Shown: positions 1-9,571 of the stretch, in pieces
Position numbering within the stretch: the stretch's first letter is position 1
Layout of the letters: each line of letters begins with the position of its first letter
NCBI GenBank assembly: GCA_007375535.1
Contig: VMEM01000001.1
Coordinates: forward strand, 39,462 to 103,461
Direction: 5' to 3'
Origin: Parcubacteria group bacterium LiPW_41
GTDB taxonomy: Bacteria; Patescibacteriota; Minisyncoccia; UBA6257; GWB1-50-10
Length of the DNA stretch: 64,000 bases
Notes under the pieces: model-generated
Seen by the model: the letters and a program-made list of their open reading frames with translations, nothing else
Database searches by the model: none
What the model was told of the DNA's origin: nothing
Position numbers and translations under genes: made by a program

Positions 1-48
1 ATAAGCCATCCTCAGAAACAAGTTTGCCATTTAAAAAATGAATCTGCT

Positions 49-747
49 TCATATTTGCTTATATTTTGAATCAAAGTCCCTTTTACACTTCATTAATCCC
101 CAACTAATAGTTGAATCAAATATCTCGTAAAAGACGTCAATATCCATTTCTCTACTAAAAATATTTGGTGGTAGACTTGGAGTTCCGAGAACGCGCATAT
201 TCCTTTCAACATCTTCTTTTTTTAAATTGTTAACAAAAGCATTATCGCCAATTCCTTGTAATATTAATATATTTCTTGATATACGAAGAAAATATTTTTC
301 AATATATGCGCGCTTGTCTTGCGATGAAAGTGTATTCAGAAAAAAATTTTGCCTGACTATTTGCAATCTTTCAATTGATCGAATTAACATGCTCTGCTCA
401 TACTCAAATCTTGTTACTTCGGAAAATTTCTCTTTAAAGATGTTGATTCCAATAATGCATAACCCATCAGCCAAATATTCAAGCTTAAACTCTCTCGTAA
501 AATACGAAAGATTATTTTCTACCTCGTCTTGTGTATATAAATTAATATCAAGTTTTTTGTGTTTCGTAGCAAGTAATCTAAACAATTCTCTGATATTTTT
601 ATCGATTTTTTCTACAATAACCACCGCATCAAAATCATTCACACTCTCTTTGTTCAAAATAGAACCATAGAGCAAAAAACATTTTATGTTTTTAGCACAA
701 GAAAGACCAGACACCTCTTTCTTTAATTTTTTAGCGACTTCAATCAT
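49..747 (-). CDS. Nucleotidyltransferase-domain protein (Pol-beta/MNT-like)
   Basis: N-terminal LLYGS...DFDAVVIV motif (GS + DxD) followed by a helical C-terminal region. Confidence 0.55.
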   Translation of the reverse strand: MIEVAKKLKKEVSGLSCAKNIKCFLLYGSILNKESVNDFDAVVIVEKIDKNIRELFRLLATKHKKLDINLYTQDEVENNLSYFTREFKLEYLADGLCIIGINIFKEKFSEVTRFEYEQSMLIRSIERLQIVRQNFFLNTLSSQDKRAYIEKYFLRISRNILILQGIGDNAFVNNLKKEDVERNMRVLGTPSLPPNIFSREMDIDVFYEIFDSTISWGLMKCKRDFDSKYKQI

Positions 748-768
748 TATTGTATCTATATTGACACA

Positions 769-2544
769 TCAAGATAATTCTGGGAATCCCTCTTTTCCAA
801 AAACATAAAGCTTTGAAATTGCGCGCGTAAGTGCAATATATAACCCATCCTTTTTTATTTTCTTTAACTCTTTAACACGTTCCTCGTTTTCACAAATGTG
901 AGCACAGTCAAACATGCTTCTATTAACTCCAATAATACATACCACATCAAATTCCAATCCTTGCGATTGAACAAATGAAAGAATATGGATTCGCCCATCC
1001 TCACCAAATTTTTGCAACAATACATTCAATAATTTTTCATCGGTATAAAGTACCCCAAGCGTCTGCTCTCCCAAATTTTTTATCACACCTTCAAGACGTT
1101 GTATTTGTTCATCTTCCGATCCAAAGAATTCTTCTACCGACTCCCCTATTTCAACATAATCAGGAATATCCATGGAAAAACCAAGATCTTTTATATAATT
1201 TAAAATACTTCCAGTATTTCGATATGTTTTACCAAGTATAAAATTCGCCTCTTCGGGAATAACCTCTTGTATCTCATTCCACGAACGGATAGTGCCGATG
1301 CGAACCTGTTGTGAATAATCCCCAATATACACCATCGCGCTTGTTTTAACGCTTAAAAAACTTTTTAAGATTTTTAATTGCTCAGGAAGATAGTTTTGAA
1401 ACTCATCAACAACAATGAGGGAATACAAGACTTTTAATATTCTTTCTCTATCGTTAATTGAACACTTATTCAGATATGAACCCAACAAAATAGTTAGATC
1501 AAAACGATCAAGAAACCGGGCTCTCTTTTGTTCTAAAAACAGACCATACATTTTTTTTGAAAGATTTTTTTTATAAATTTCTGTAAGTAAGAGAAATGGA
1601 TTTTTTTTATAAACACCGTATTCCCCAAGCCTAAGCACCGAAAGCTTTTCGTATTCAAAGAGATCTTTTTCCTTTTCATTTTTTCCAAATCGATCGATAT
1701 ATTTATATTCCTTTATTTTCAATATATTAAATGCCCAACTAGAAAATGTAGTAATGAGGACATTCCGAATTCCAAGTTCCGGCAAAAGACTTGAGAAATA
1801 TTTCTTTGTGCCAACATCTTGAATAAAAATGACAATTGAATTTCCAGGAAACATTGGCGCAGTATTTGGAGCAAGTGCAAGATACGCAACGCGATGAAAA
1901 GCGAGCGTAGTTTTTCCGGAACCTGCCGGACCAGAGATAAGCGTAGAACACTTGTAATTCGCACGTATAATCGCATCTTGTCGCTTTTCCATTTTTTCTA
2001 CAATCTCAACAAGCGAAAAACTGCTTTTTCTTTTTGTAATTTTTTCCTGATAAATAAGTTGTTTCGGGGTTTCGATAGTTTCACGGGAAAAATATAAAAC
2101 ACGCCCATCAACGATAGTATAGTGCTCAACCGAAAGCATTGATGCCTTTATCATCTCCCCGCTTGGCAATGTATAACTTACATTTCCTGGTGGTTCAAAT
2201 CGAATTGATGCTATTGGAGAAACCCAAGAACTAATACCCTCCTCGATAAAATGAAATTTCGCAAAATAACAAATAAATGGTGCTCCATCATCTATTGTTA
2301 ACTCACATCGAGCAAAATAAAATGACCTATTTAATTCATTCAACTCATCAATACGCTCCCTTCGTTGTTGTCGAATATTAAACTGGACAAGTTGATCACC
2401 AGAACGAAGTTTAAGAATCTCACTGTCTTTCTGGGTTCGGGACTCTACCTTGCTCTTTTCTTCTTGAATTCGCCCACGAATATACTCAACGTGCTCACAA
2501 AGGCGCTTCATTAAAACTTCTTTTTGATCGCTCATAGCTTCCAC
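769..2544 (-). CDS. HelD/UvrD-like SF1 helicase-ATPase
   Basis: GPAGSGKT Walker A followed by HRVAYL; VVDEFQ; GDYSQ; TYRNT; QGLEFD; LYIALTRA; HelD-like N-terminus (FYFAR, SWVSPIAS). Confidence 0.75.
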   Translation of the reverse strand: MEAMSDQKEVLMKRLCEHVEYIRGRIQEEKSKVESRTQKDSEILKLRSGDQLVQFNIRQQRRERIDELNELNRSFYFARCELTIDDGAPFICYFAKFHFIEEGISSWVSPIASIRFEPPGNVSYTLPSGEMIKASMLSVEHYTIVDGRVLYFSRETIETPKQLIYQEKITKRKSSFSLVEIVEKMEKRQDAIIRANYKCSTLISGPAGSGKTTLAFHRVAYLALAPNTAPMFPGNSIVIFIQDVGTKKYFSSLLPELGIRNVLITTFSSWAFNILKIKEYKYIDRFGKNEKEKDLFEYEKLSVLRLGEYGVYKKNPFLLLTEIYKKNLSKKMYGLFLEQKRARFLDRFDLTILLGSYLNKCSINDRERILKVLYSLIVVDEFQNYLPEQLKILKSFLSVKTSAMVYIGDYSQQVRIGTIRSWNEIQEVIPEEANFILGKTYRNTGSILNYIKDLGFSMDIPDYVEIGESVEEFFGSEDEQIQRLEGVIKNLGEQTLGVLYTDEKLLNVLLQKFGEDGRIHILSFVQSQGLEFDVVCIIGVNRSMFDCAHICENEERVKELKKIKKDGLYIALTRAISKLYVFGKEGFPELS

Positions 2545-2606
2545 AATTTCAAAATAGTAGCATATATTTTAACATTAAAAAACCACCTTTTATTAGGTGG
2601 TTTTTT

Positions 2607-3071
2607 TTAGTACTGAATTGCCTCTAACTCAGTCGCTTCTATTGTTTTTGCGTCTCTGATGTTTGACTTACTTTTCACCGTCACCATCATTCCTGCCTTT
2701 ATTGCATTCACGTCCAACGTCTCTTGTTTCATATTTCCCTTAGAATCAATCGAAGCGGGATACAATGCAGTAATTTTTGTTTCTCCACTAACAAACACTT
2801 CTCGATCTATCTTTTTTGCTGGCGTTCCGTCGGCATGTGGAAGATAGTCACTAAAATCTGCTGTTTCAATAATAAGTCTTGCACCCACCGCCTCTTTTAC
2901 CAACCCCGATACTGCAAAAATTTCTTTTGGTGGTTCTGGAAATACTAAACTTATTACATCACGTAAATTTTTTGTTCCTTTGGTGTTGCCCCAATAATAC
3001 CCCCCTACCGCGCCAACAACCAATCCAATGACGAGTGCAAGAATGATTAAGATGAGAATTTTTTTCTCCAT
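2607..3071 (-). CDS. Membrane-anchored hypothetical protein (OB-fold/DUF5666-like)
   Basis: N-terminal TM helix after MEKK; start moved to ATG at 3071. Confidence 0.55.
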   Translation of the reverse strand: MEKKILILIILALVIGLVVGAVGGYYWGNTKGTKNLRDVISLVFPEPPKEIFAVSGLVKEAVGARLIIETADFSDYLPHADGTPAKKIDREVFVSGETKITALYPASIDSKGNMKQETLDVNAIKAGMMVTVKSKSNIRDAKTIEATELEAIQY

Positions 3072-3078
3072 ATGTAAA

Positions 3079-3378
3079 TTATAGCAAACGGAGAGAGCGA
3101 AATGAATATGCAAAGTATATTCATTTCCGAACGAAGTGAAGATAAAAGCGAAGCTTTATAGCAAATGGAATGAGGAAATGGACACTATGTGTACATTTCC
3201 GAATGAAATGCAGTTACAAGCAAAGCTTTATAGCAAACGGAGAGAGCGAAATGAATATGCAAAGTATATTCATTTCCGAACGAGTGCAGCTGCACGAAGT
3301 GCTATAGCAAGTGAAGAGAGGAAAATGAATACGAAGAAATTTATTTTCCGAACGAACGTAGCTGCACGAAGTGCTATA
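3079..3378. repeat. Tandem array of four ~72-77 bp palindromic MITE/REP-like units
   Basis: Units begin (T/C)TATAGCAA at 3079, 3156, 3228 and 3302; each has a central inverted repeat; units 1 and 3 are identical over ~55 bp. Confidence 0.85.
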
Positions 3379-3389
3379 CACTATTAAAT

Positions 3390-4604
3390 TTATACAATTT
3401 CAAAAAAACGGTGTTTACCAATACGGAGAATATCCCCTTTTTTTGTCGCTATCATTTCCTTCTCATCCTTCTTTTGCTCATCATTTATTTTTATTGCTCC
3501 TTGAATAATGAGACGTCGTGCCTCACCCCTACTCTCAACTCCCGCCTCAATAAGTAAATCAATAAGTGGAAGTGTCTTTGTGATTTTTAATTTTGGCGCA
3601 TCTTCTGGGCGCTCTTTCTTTGAAAACACTCGAACAAACTCTTCACGCGCCTCAGTTGCTGCTTTTGTTGAGTGATACAATTTCACCAATTCTTCTGCAA
3701 CATACAATTTTATATCCCGAGGATTTATTCCTTTCTTTAGTGCAATTTTTATTTCCTCAACATTTTTTTGTGGAATGAGTGTTGCAAGCTCCGCAATTGG
3801 AACAATAAGTTCGTCAGGTGCTGCCATCATCTTTCCAAACATCGCAGTTGGAACATCATCAAGATTGATAAGCGTCCCTTCGGTTTTACTCATTTTCTTT
3901 CCTGTTGCAGGATCTTCGAGTAAACGATTAGTGATAACAAATTTTTCTTTATTTCGATATATTCGCTGTACGTCACGTCCTACAAGCATATTAAATGTTT
4001 GATCAGTGCCACCAATTTCCAAATCAACATCCATTGCATATGAATCGTATCCTTGCATTAATGGATAAAAAAATTCATGCAAATGAATTGGCTTCCCTGC
4101 TTGCAAACGCTCCTGAAACATACTCCGTTCAATCATTTGTTGAACGGTGAAATGAGAAGAAAATTCTATAACCTCTTCAAATGTTAATTTTGATAACCAC
4201 TTTGCATTGAATTTTACCTGTGCTGCATTTTGACCAGAAAACCGCAACACTTTTGATGCTTGAGTTTTAAATGTTTTTAAATTTTCTTTTACTTGCGCAC
4301 TAGTGAGTGAAACGCGTGCAGCGAGCTTGTCAGTTGGATCTCCGATTCTTCCAGTAAAATCACCAAAAAGTACAAACACCTCATGTCCTAAATCCTGAAA
4401 CCTGCGGAGCATAATTAAATTCTCTGCATGTCCTAAATGTAAATGTGGACTCGTTGGGTCAATTCCTAAATACAAACGAATCTTTTTTCCTGAAAATAAC
4501 ACTTTCTCGAGTGCTCCCCTTGTTGGATATATTGAGTCAACTGAACGGGTAAGCAATTCTTCAATTGCTGACTTATCCGTTGATACTTTTACAACGCCTT
4601 TCAT
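3390..4604 (-). CDS. tyrS: Tyrosine--tRNA ligase
   Basis: GIDPT..HLHLGH, GGTDQ, KMSKT, C-terminal S4 domain. Confidence 0.97.
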   Translation of the reverse strand: MKGVVKVSTDKSAIEELLTRSVDSIYPTRGALEKVLFSGKKIRLYLGIDPTSPHLHLGHAENLIMLRRFQDLGHEVFVLFGDFTGRIGDPTDKLAARVSLTSAQVKENLKTFKTQASKVLRFSGQNAAQVKFNAKWLSKLTFEEVIEFSSHFTVQQMIERSMFQERLQAGKPIHLHEFFYPLMQGYDSYAMDVDLEIGGTDQTFNMLVGRDVQRIYRNKEKFVITNRLLEDPATGKKMSKTEGTLINLDDVPTAMFGKMMAAPDELIVPIAELATLIPQKNVEEIKIALKKGINPRDIKLYVAEELVKLYHSTKAATEAREEFVRVFSKKERPEDAPKLKITKTLPLIDLLIEAGVESRGEARRLIIQGAIKINDEQKKDEKEMIATKKGDILRIGKHRFFEIV

Positions 4605-4695
4605 ATCTACCCATACTATCACGCTTTTTTGATTAAAAAAATCCCGCTTACTGCGAGATTTTTTAATCCTAAACTCTAGTTACTAAATCCTATTT

Positions 4696-5280
4696 CTATT
4701 TTTTTGTTTTTATAATCTCATCCACAATCCCATACCGCTTTGCCTCGTCAGCGCTCAACCAGAAATCACGGTCAGCATCTTCCTCAATTTTTTCATATTT
4801 CTGTCCCGTGTGTTTTGCGAGAATCTGATTGATTCGCTCCTTGATACGCAAGATATGCTTTGCAGAAATTTCAATGTCTGATGCCTGCCCCTCTACTCCA
4901 CTCATTGGCTGATGAATCATTATTTCAGAATTTGGTAATGCAAATCGTTTTCCTTTTGCTCCCGCCGCAAGAAGCACAGACCCCATTGATGCCGCAATCC
5001 CCACACAAATAGTTGAAACAGGTGATTTCACGTGTTGCATCGTGTCATAAATCGCAAGCCCCGCATGCACTGATCCCCCAGGAGTATTGAGATAAAACTG
5101 AATTTCTTTTTTTGGATCTTCATGATCAAGAAAAAGGAACTGTGCAATAACACTGTTTGCTACCGTGTCATCAATCGGCCCACCTAAGAAGACAATGCGC
5201 TCTTTTAAAAGACGAGAGTAAATATCATAGGCGCGCTCGCCATAATTTGATTTTTCAATAACTGTCGGAATTAAGTTCAT
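4696..5280 (-). CDS. clpP: ATP-dependent Clp protease proteolytic subunit
   Basis: [26 protein letters not shown]. Confidence 0.98.
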   Translation of the reverse strand: MNLIPTVIEKSNYGERAYDIYSRLLKERIVFLGGPIDDTVANSVIAQFLFLDHEDPKKEIQFYLNTPGGSVHAGLAIYDTMQHVKSPVSTICVGIAASMGSVLLAAGAKGKRFALPNSEIMIHQPMSGVEGQASDIEISAKHILRIKERINQILAKHTGQKYEKIEEDADRDFWLSADEAKRYGIVDEIIKTKK

Positions 5281-5328
5281 ATGAGCACTATATAAAAAAA
5301 CAGCCCAATATTCAAATTGGGCTGTTTT

Positions 5329-5940
5329 TTACTCAATTATCATTGTGCCAATCTCTCCCGCGTCCTCATGTCCTGGAAGATCACATCGAAACACAAATTC
5401 CCCCTTTCGGACCGCATAAAACTGAATTCCTCTTGATTCGTTAGGGCCCAAACTGATATTAACCGGGGAAAACAACTGGTCTTTAAATGCAAAGGAATGT
5501 GACTTTTTCCCACTATTTTCAAGTACAAACACCACCTGTTCCCCCTCTTTCACTGAAAATATTTTTGGAGAAAAACCTTTTTCATTAACCGTCATTTTTA
5601 CTACTCCATTTGGCAACTCTCCTTTTGGTAATGGAACCGAAGCTTGTGGTTGAGGAATATTTGTTGGATATGTTTGTATAGGCTCTCCATCTGAGGTTGG
5701 AGGAACATATGAATTTACTTCTTCCGAATTGTTTCCACTAATAAGGGCCTTAATTGGTGCAAAAAATGACAAATCAAACAAACTCTTTTTTTCCGTTGTT
5801 TGAGTTGATGAAAAATCTTTATTCTTTATTTTTGTAAGTTTGTCTTTGGGTACTACCGCAATAATGCTAAAAAACACAACACCAATAACAATGAGTCCGA
5901 CAAAAAGCAAAGTAATAATAAAACGAACTACATTTTGCAT
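5329..5940 (-). CDS. Membrane-anchored cupredoxin-domain protein
   Basis: N-terminal TM helix; HSF...FRCDLPGHEDAGE Cu-site-like C-terminus. Confidence 0.7.
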   Translation of the reverse strand: MQNVVRFIITLLFVGLIVIGVVFFSIIAVVPKDKLTKIKNKDFSSTQTTEKKSLFDLSFFAPIKALISGNNSEEVNSYVPPTSDGEPIQTYPTNIPQPQASVPLPKGELPNGVVKMTVNEKGFSPKIFSVKEGEQVVFVLENSGKKSHSFAFKDQLFSPVNISLGPNESRGIQFYAVRKGEFVFRCDLPGHEDAGEIGTMIIE

Positions 5941-5997
5941 ACTATGTTTATTCTAACAAAATACACAATAACAAACTAATTTAATCTATTATTGTGT

Positions 5998-6249
5998 GCG
6001 CTCGGATACCCTTCGAGTCCTAAAATACAAATACAAAAAATCGCTCTTCGAGCGATATTTTGTATTTGTGCCCTCGTGAGGACTTTCCTCACCCGTCGCT
6101 TTCGCTCCTCCTTTGGAATCCTGGGTTCCTCGCTTCCGCTCATCCTCGACAAGCTCGGATTCGCTTTTCGCATTCGCGCGCTCGGATACCCTTCGAGTCC
6201 TAAAAATACAAATACAAAAAATCGCTCTTCGAGCGATATTTTGTATTTG
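5998..6249 (-). repeat. tRNA-Arg trailer element with 87/88-bp direct repeat (subfamily B)
   Basis: 5998-6084 repeats 6178-6265 with one A indel and includes the last 16 nt of the tRNA; anti-T-arm at 6192-6201. Confidence 0.9.
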
Positions 6250-6321
6250 TGCCCTCGTGAGGACTCGAACCTCAATTACGAGATCCGCAATCTCGCGTCC
6301 TATCCATTGAACGACGAGGGC
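6250..6321 (-). tRNA. tRNA-Arg(GCG)
   Basis: Cloverleaf; anticodon arm CGAGA-TT-GCG-GA-TCTCG; GGTTCGAGTCC T-arm. Confidence 0.93.
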
Positions 6322-6342
6322 GTAACATACACTTGTATGTTG

Positions 6343-6413
6343 TGCGGGCAAGGAGAATCGAACTCCTGTCTCAACCTTGGCAAGGTCGTGTTCTACCACT
6401 AAACCATGCCCGC
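6343..6413 (-). tRNA. tRNA-Gly(GCC)
   Basis: Cloverleaf; CGACC-TT-GCC-AA-GGTTG. Confidence 0.95.
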
Positions 6414-6458
6414 AAAACTATTTCTATTTAACACTAGAATACAAAAAAAATCCAGTTT

Positions 6459-6620
6459 TTATTGGGTAGGAGGTGGGCCGTACGGACCACGAACCGATGG
6501 TGGCCCAACTGGCCCCTTAAATGTCGTTTTTGGCTCCTCTGTTTTTTTAAAAACTGATGAAAAAATAAATAAAAGTATTATGCAAATACAAACAATAATC
6601 AAAAAAATAATTTTCTTCAT
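6459..6620 (-). CDS. Small membrane-anchored hypothetical protein (53 aa)
   Basis: MKKIIF + hydrophobic helix + Pro/Gly-rich tail; lies directly after the upstream gene. Confidence 0.5.
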   Translation of the reverse strand: MKKIIFLIIVCICIILLFIFSSVFKKTEEPKTTFKGPVGPPSVRGPYGPPPTQ

Positions 6621-6624
6621 ACAC

Positions 6625-7107
6625 TTAAAAACCAATAAAGTCTGCGAGAATACTCCCTGCAGTTTCTTCGTGTTCAATTTCAGGAAGATATTCCGCAAGA
6701 TATGGGCGAACTGACTTTAGTGTTATAACATCGATAGGGATATGAATATGTGGTTTTGTGTTTCCTCTCTGATGAATCACCAATTCATGGAGTTGGTTCA
6801 TACGCTCTCGAACAGAAAATGCAATAAGTTTTTCATATGGATATATTTTCTTTCCGATCCAAAGTCCTTGTTTATCCAAACGAAATTCATAAATAATAGG
6901 ACGTCGACGAGAAAAAGAAAAAAGTAAACCAGTTGCAGTAAGAATAAAAACAGCAAATAAAAAGTTTTTTTGCCACAAAGAAACAACAAAGAAGACGATT
7001 GCGACGAGACTGATGATAACATACCATCCAATTTCCTTTTCGCGATGTTCGTGTTCAGCGGCGCGCCACAACAATTCTTTTCGTTCTACTTTTTGTACTG
7101 GCTCCAT
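6625..7107 (-). CDS. Conserved hypothetical membrane protein (2 TM + soluble domain)
   Basis: Two hydrophobic segments; -10 box 9 nt before ATG. Confidence 0.65.
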   Translation of the reverse strand: MEPVQKVERKELLWRAAEHEHREKEIGWYVIISLVAIVFFVVSLWQKNFLFAVFILTATGLLFSFSRRRPIIYEFRLDKQGLWIGKKIYPYEKLIAFSVRERMNQLHELVIHQRGNTKPHIHIPIDVITLKSVRPYLAEYLPEIEHEETAGSILADFIGF

Positions 7108-7156
7108 AATATATTTATTATAGTATAAACCGCACAGTAATGTGCGGTTTATTTTG

Positions 7157-7228
<72 letters not shown>

Positions 7229-7242
7229 ATTATTATACTTTT

Positions 7243-7551
7243 TTATTTCGAATCTTCAGACTTCTCTGGTTCTACAATTTCAAATTTCAAATATGGCATC
7301 GGCTTTATATTGAGCTTTTTTAGGAGTTTAAACCTAATATCACTCGCCGCTCTTGAAACTATTTTATATACCTCCAAACTCTTTTCATACGGAATGATAC
7401 CAAGCTTTACATTCGCATGCAATAAATCCTTTTCAACTTCAGTCTCCATTATTGTTACTAAGGCTCCCTCAAAATTAAAATCACGAGAAAACATTTTTCC
7501 CAATTCTTCCGTGATTAATGACGATAGTTTTAGATCTCTAAATGGCCGCAT
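7243..7551 (-). CDS. rbfA: Ribosome-binding factor A
   Basis: Directly downstream of infB; LVTI..EV..DL..A.V and P.LKF motifs. Confidence 0.85.
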   Translation of the reverse strand: MRPFRDLKLSSLITEELGKMFSRDFNFEGALVTIMETEVEKDLLHANVKLGIIPYEKSLEVYKIVSRAASDIRFKLLKKLNIKPMPYLKFEIVEPEKSEDSK

Positions 7552-7568
7552 ATTTTGAATTAAATAAA

Positions 7569-9038
7569 TTAGTCTAGAAACACTAGATGATTTCCAATTC
7601 GTATATCTGATTCACACTCTACAAGCATTCCCACCTCCATGTCCTTCTCTGCTTCTGCAACATCCTTTTTATTTGATTGAAGATTGAGAATTCTTCCCTC
7701 TCCCGTTTTTCTCGTTCCATGCCACACTTCAAATGATTCATTTCTCAATATTGGACCACACAACACTTTTCCACCAATCACTCGCTCTTTTCCTTTTGGT
7801 TGTCCAAACACTCCAAGAATTTCAAGTGTTCTCTTTTCTTTTTCAATTGCGGTTTTTGCATATTCAGTAAGTGCATCAACAAGTTCATAAATAATATCTG
7901 AAGTAATAATATTTATTTTTTTTGTCTCACGCATGTTTTGAGCTGCTTTATCAATTTTTGTGTGAAACCCAATGATAGTTGCTTTCATCCCCTCTGCATC
8001 CTTTGTATCATTTTCAGTAATTGAACCAACAGAAGCTTTTATAATAATAATCGGAAGTGTAGTAACAAGTGATTCAATAGTATCTTTTAATACCTCAAGC
8101 GATCCAAGCTCATCTGCTTTCAAGAACAACGGAACCCTTTTTGATACATCATCTTCTGCAATCAAACTTTTTGTCACCTCGTGCTGTTCTCGTTCAAATT
8201 GTTCTAATGATGTACGGAGTACTTTCTCGTCTCTATGTGCACAAAATACCTCACCCACTTTTGGAGAATTTTCAAATCCAAATACAATTGCCGGTGCACT
8301 TGGAATTATTTCTTTTGCAGTTTTTCCTAAATAGTTTTCAAGTATTTTTACTTTTCCAATTGCAGTATGGGTTGCAATCATAGCTCCTTGCTCAAGTGAT
8401 CCATTTTTTACAATTACACTCGTCATCACACCACGTTTCGCATCCGATTTTACCGAAATGACAACGCCTGACGAAACATGATCTCCCGTACAATGGATAT
8501 CTTCAAGTTCTGATGCAAGAAGTAAAAGATCAAGTAGATCGGAAACACCCTCCCCTGTTTTTGCAGAAATTGCATGCCATGAAACATCCCCTCCTCGTCC
8601 CTCAAGATACACCCCTAATTGCATTAAATCATTAATTGCTTTATCAATATCTGCACCAGGTTTATCTATTTTGTTTATAGCAACAACAAATGGAACTTTT
8701 TCAGCAAGAATATATTTCAATGCATCTTTTGTTTGTGGTTTTACGCCATCATCTGCTGCTACAACTAAAATTGCTAAATCAGCAACACGTGCTCCACGAG
8801 CGCGCATCTTTGAAAATGCTTCATGTCCTGGTGTATCAATAAAAGTTATTTTTTGTCCCGCGTGTTCAATTTCGTATGCACCGATTGATTGAGTAATTCC
8901 TCCCGCCTCACGAAGTGCAACATTGGTACTTCGAATATAATCAAGTAATGTTGTTTTTCCATGATCAACATGACCCATAATAACCGCTATTGGCGGTCTT
9001 CGTTCTGGATTTTTTTGTTCTACTTTTTTGGGGGTCAT
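7569..9038 (-). CDS. infB: Translation initiation factor IF-2 (short form)
   Basis: RPPIAVIMGHVDHGKTTLLD, DTPGHEAF, NKID. Confidence 0.97.
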   Translation of the reverse strand: MTPKKVEQKNPERRPPIAVIMGHVDHGKTTLLDYIRSTNVALREAGGITQSIGAYEIEHAGQKITFIDTPGHEAFSKMRARGARVADLAILVVAADDGVKPQTKDALKYILAEKVPFVVAINKIDKPGADIDKAINDLMQLGVYLEGRGGDVSWHAISAKTGEGVSDLLDLLLLASELEDIHCTGDHVSSGVVISVKSDAKRGVMTSVIVKNGSLEQGAMIATHTAIGKVKILENYLGKTAKEIIPSAPAIVFGFENSPKVGEVFCAHRDEKVLRTSLEQFEREQHEVTKSLIAEDDVSKRVPLFLKADELGSLEVLKDTIESLVTTLPIIIIKASVGSITENDTKDAEGMKATIIGFHTKIDKAAQNMRETKKINIITSDIIYELVDALTEYAKTAIEKEKRTLEILGVFGQPKGKERVIGGKVLCGPILRNESFEVWHGTRKTGEGRILNLQSNKKDVAEAEKDMEVGMLVECESDIRIGNHLVFLD

Positions 9039-9058
9039 AATAATGGGAAAATACCTTC

Positions 9059-9285
9059 GAAAGTTGCTTCGCTTTGAAATAATTAAAAAATGTACATTTT
9101 TTAATATGTAGTCCCAAGGGGAATCCTTTCAACTAATCACTCGCCGTCGCTCGTGATTGTTTCAAGCCTGGGCTCACGGTGTATTCTACTGAATACACAT
9201 CGCTCCGCCCTTCGTTTCCCCACACGAAACAAGAAATTGTTTCGTTTTGGGATAATTAAAAAAATCTAAAAATTTTTTTAATCAG
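9059..9285 (-). repeat. tRNA-Glu trailer element with duplicated tRNA 3' end
   Basis: 9108-9125 is identical to 9285-9302 (18 bp); anti-T-arm 9211-9221 matches 10/11. Confidence 0.85.
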
Positions 9286-9357
9286 TAGTCCCAAGGGGAA
9301 TCGAACCCCTATTTCCGCCGTGAAAGGGCGATGTCCTAACCGTTAGACGATGGGACC
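9286..9357 (-). tRNA. tRNA-Glu(TTC)
   Basis: TCGCC-CT-TTC-AC-GGCGG. Confidence 0.95.
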
Positions 9358-9367
9358 AAACTGGGTG

Positions 9368-9454
9368 CGGAGGCGGAAGGATTCGAACCTTCGGAGGAGT
9401 TCCCCCCTCGACTTCTTAGCAGGAAGCCGCTTTCGACCGCTCAGCCACGCCTCC
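9368..9454 (-). tRNA. tRNA-Ser(GCT)
   Basis: GCTTC-CT-GCT-AA-GAAGT; long variable arm. Confidence 0.95.
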
Positions 9455-9571
9455 ACCCACATAACAGAGTGTACGATAAATATTCAATTTATTCAAGAAA
9501 CTAATACTTGGTAAACACATAATACTATCACGCTTTACGCGTCATCCTAATATAAGATATAATTTTTATAT

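Noticed and set aside
3079-3378. Possible CRISPR array
   Set aside because: Whole units are homologous, with no unique spacers and no cas genes.
3136-3387. 83-aa ORF across the repeat array
   Set aside because: Translation of a repeat; no RBS or protein features.
6080-6090. GAGGAAAGTCC on the - strand, identical to the RNase P RNA conserved region I
   Set aside because: AGTCC is supplied by the duplicated tRNA-Arg T-stem; no other RNase P conserved regions follow and there is no room for the RNA.
5976-6402. Several ORFs over the tRNA-Arg/Gly region, and similar ones at 9828-10397, 11070-11255, 15457-15810, 16307-16771 and 55534-56095
   Set aside because: They overlap tRNA genes and trailer elements; shadow ORFs.
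9108-9302. Prophage or genomic-island attL/attR interpretation of the tRNA-end duplications
   Set aside because: Only ~150-165 bp lie between the copies, no integrase is in the window, and it does not explain the anti-T-arm or the conserved cores; retained only as a possible ancestral origin.
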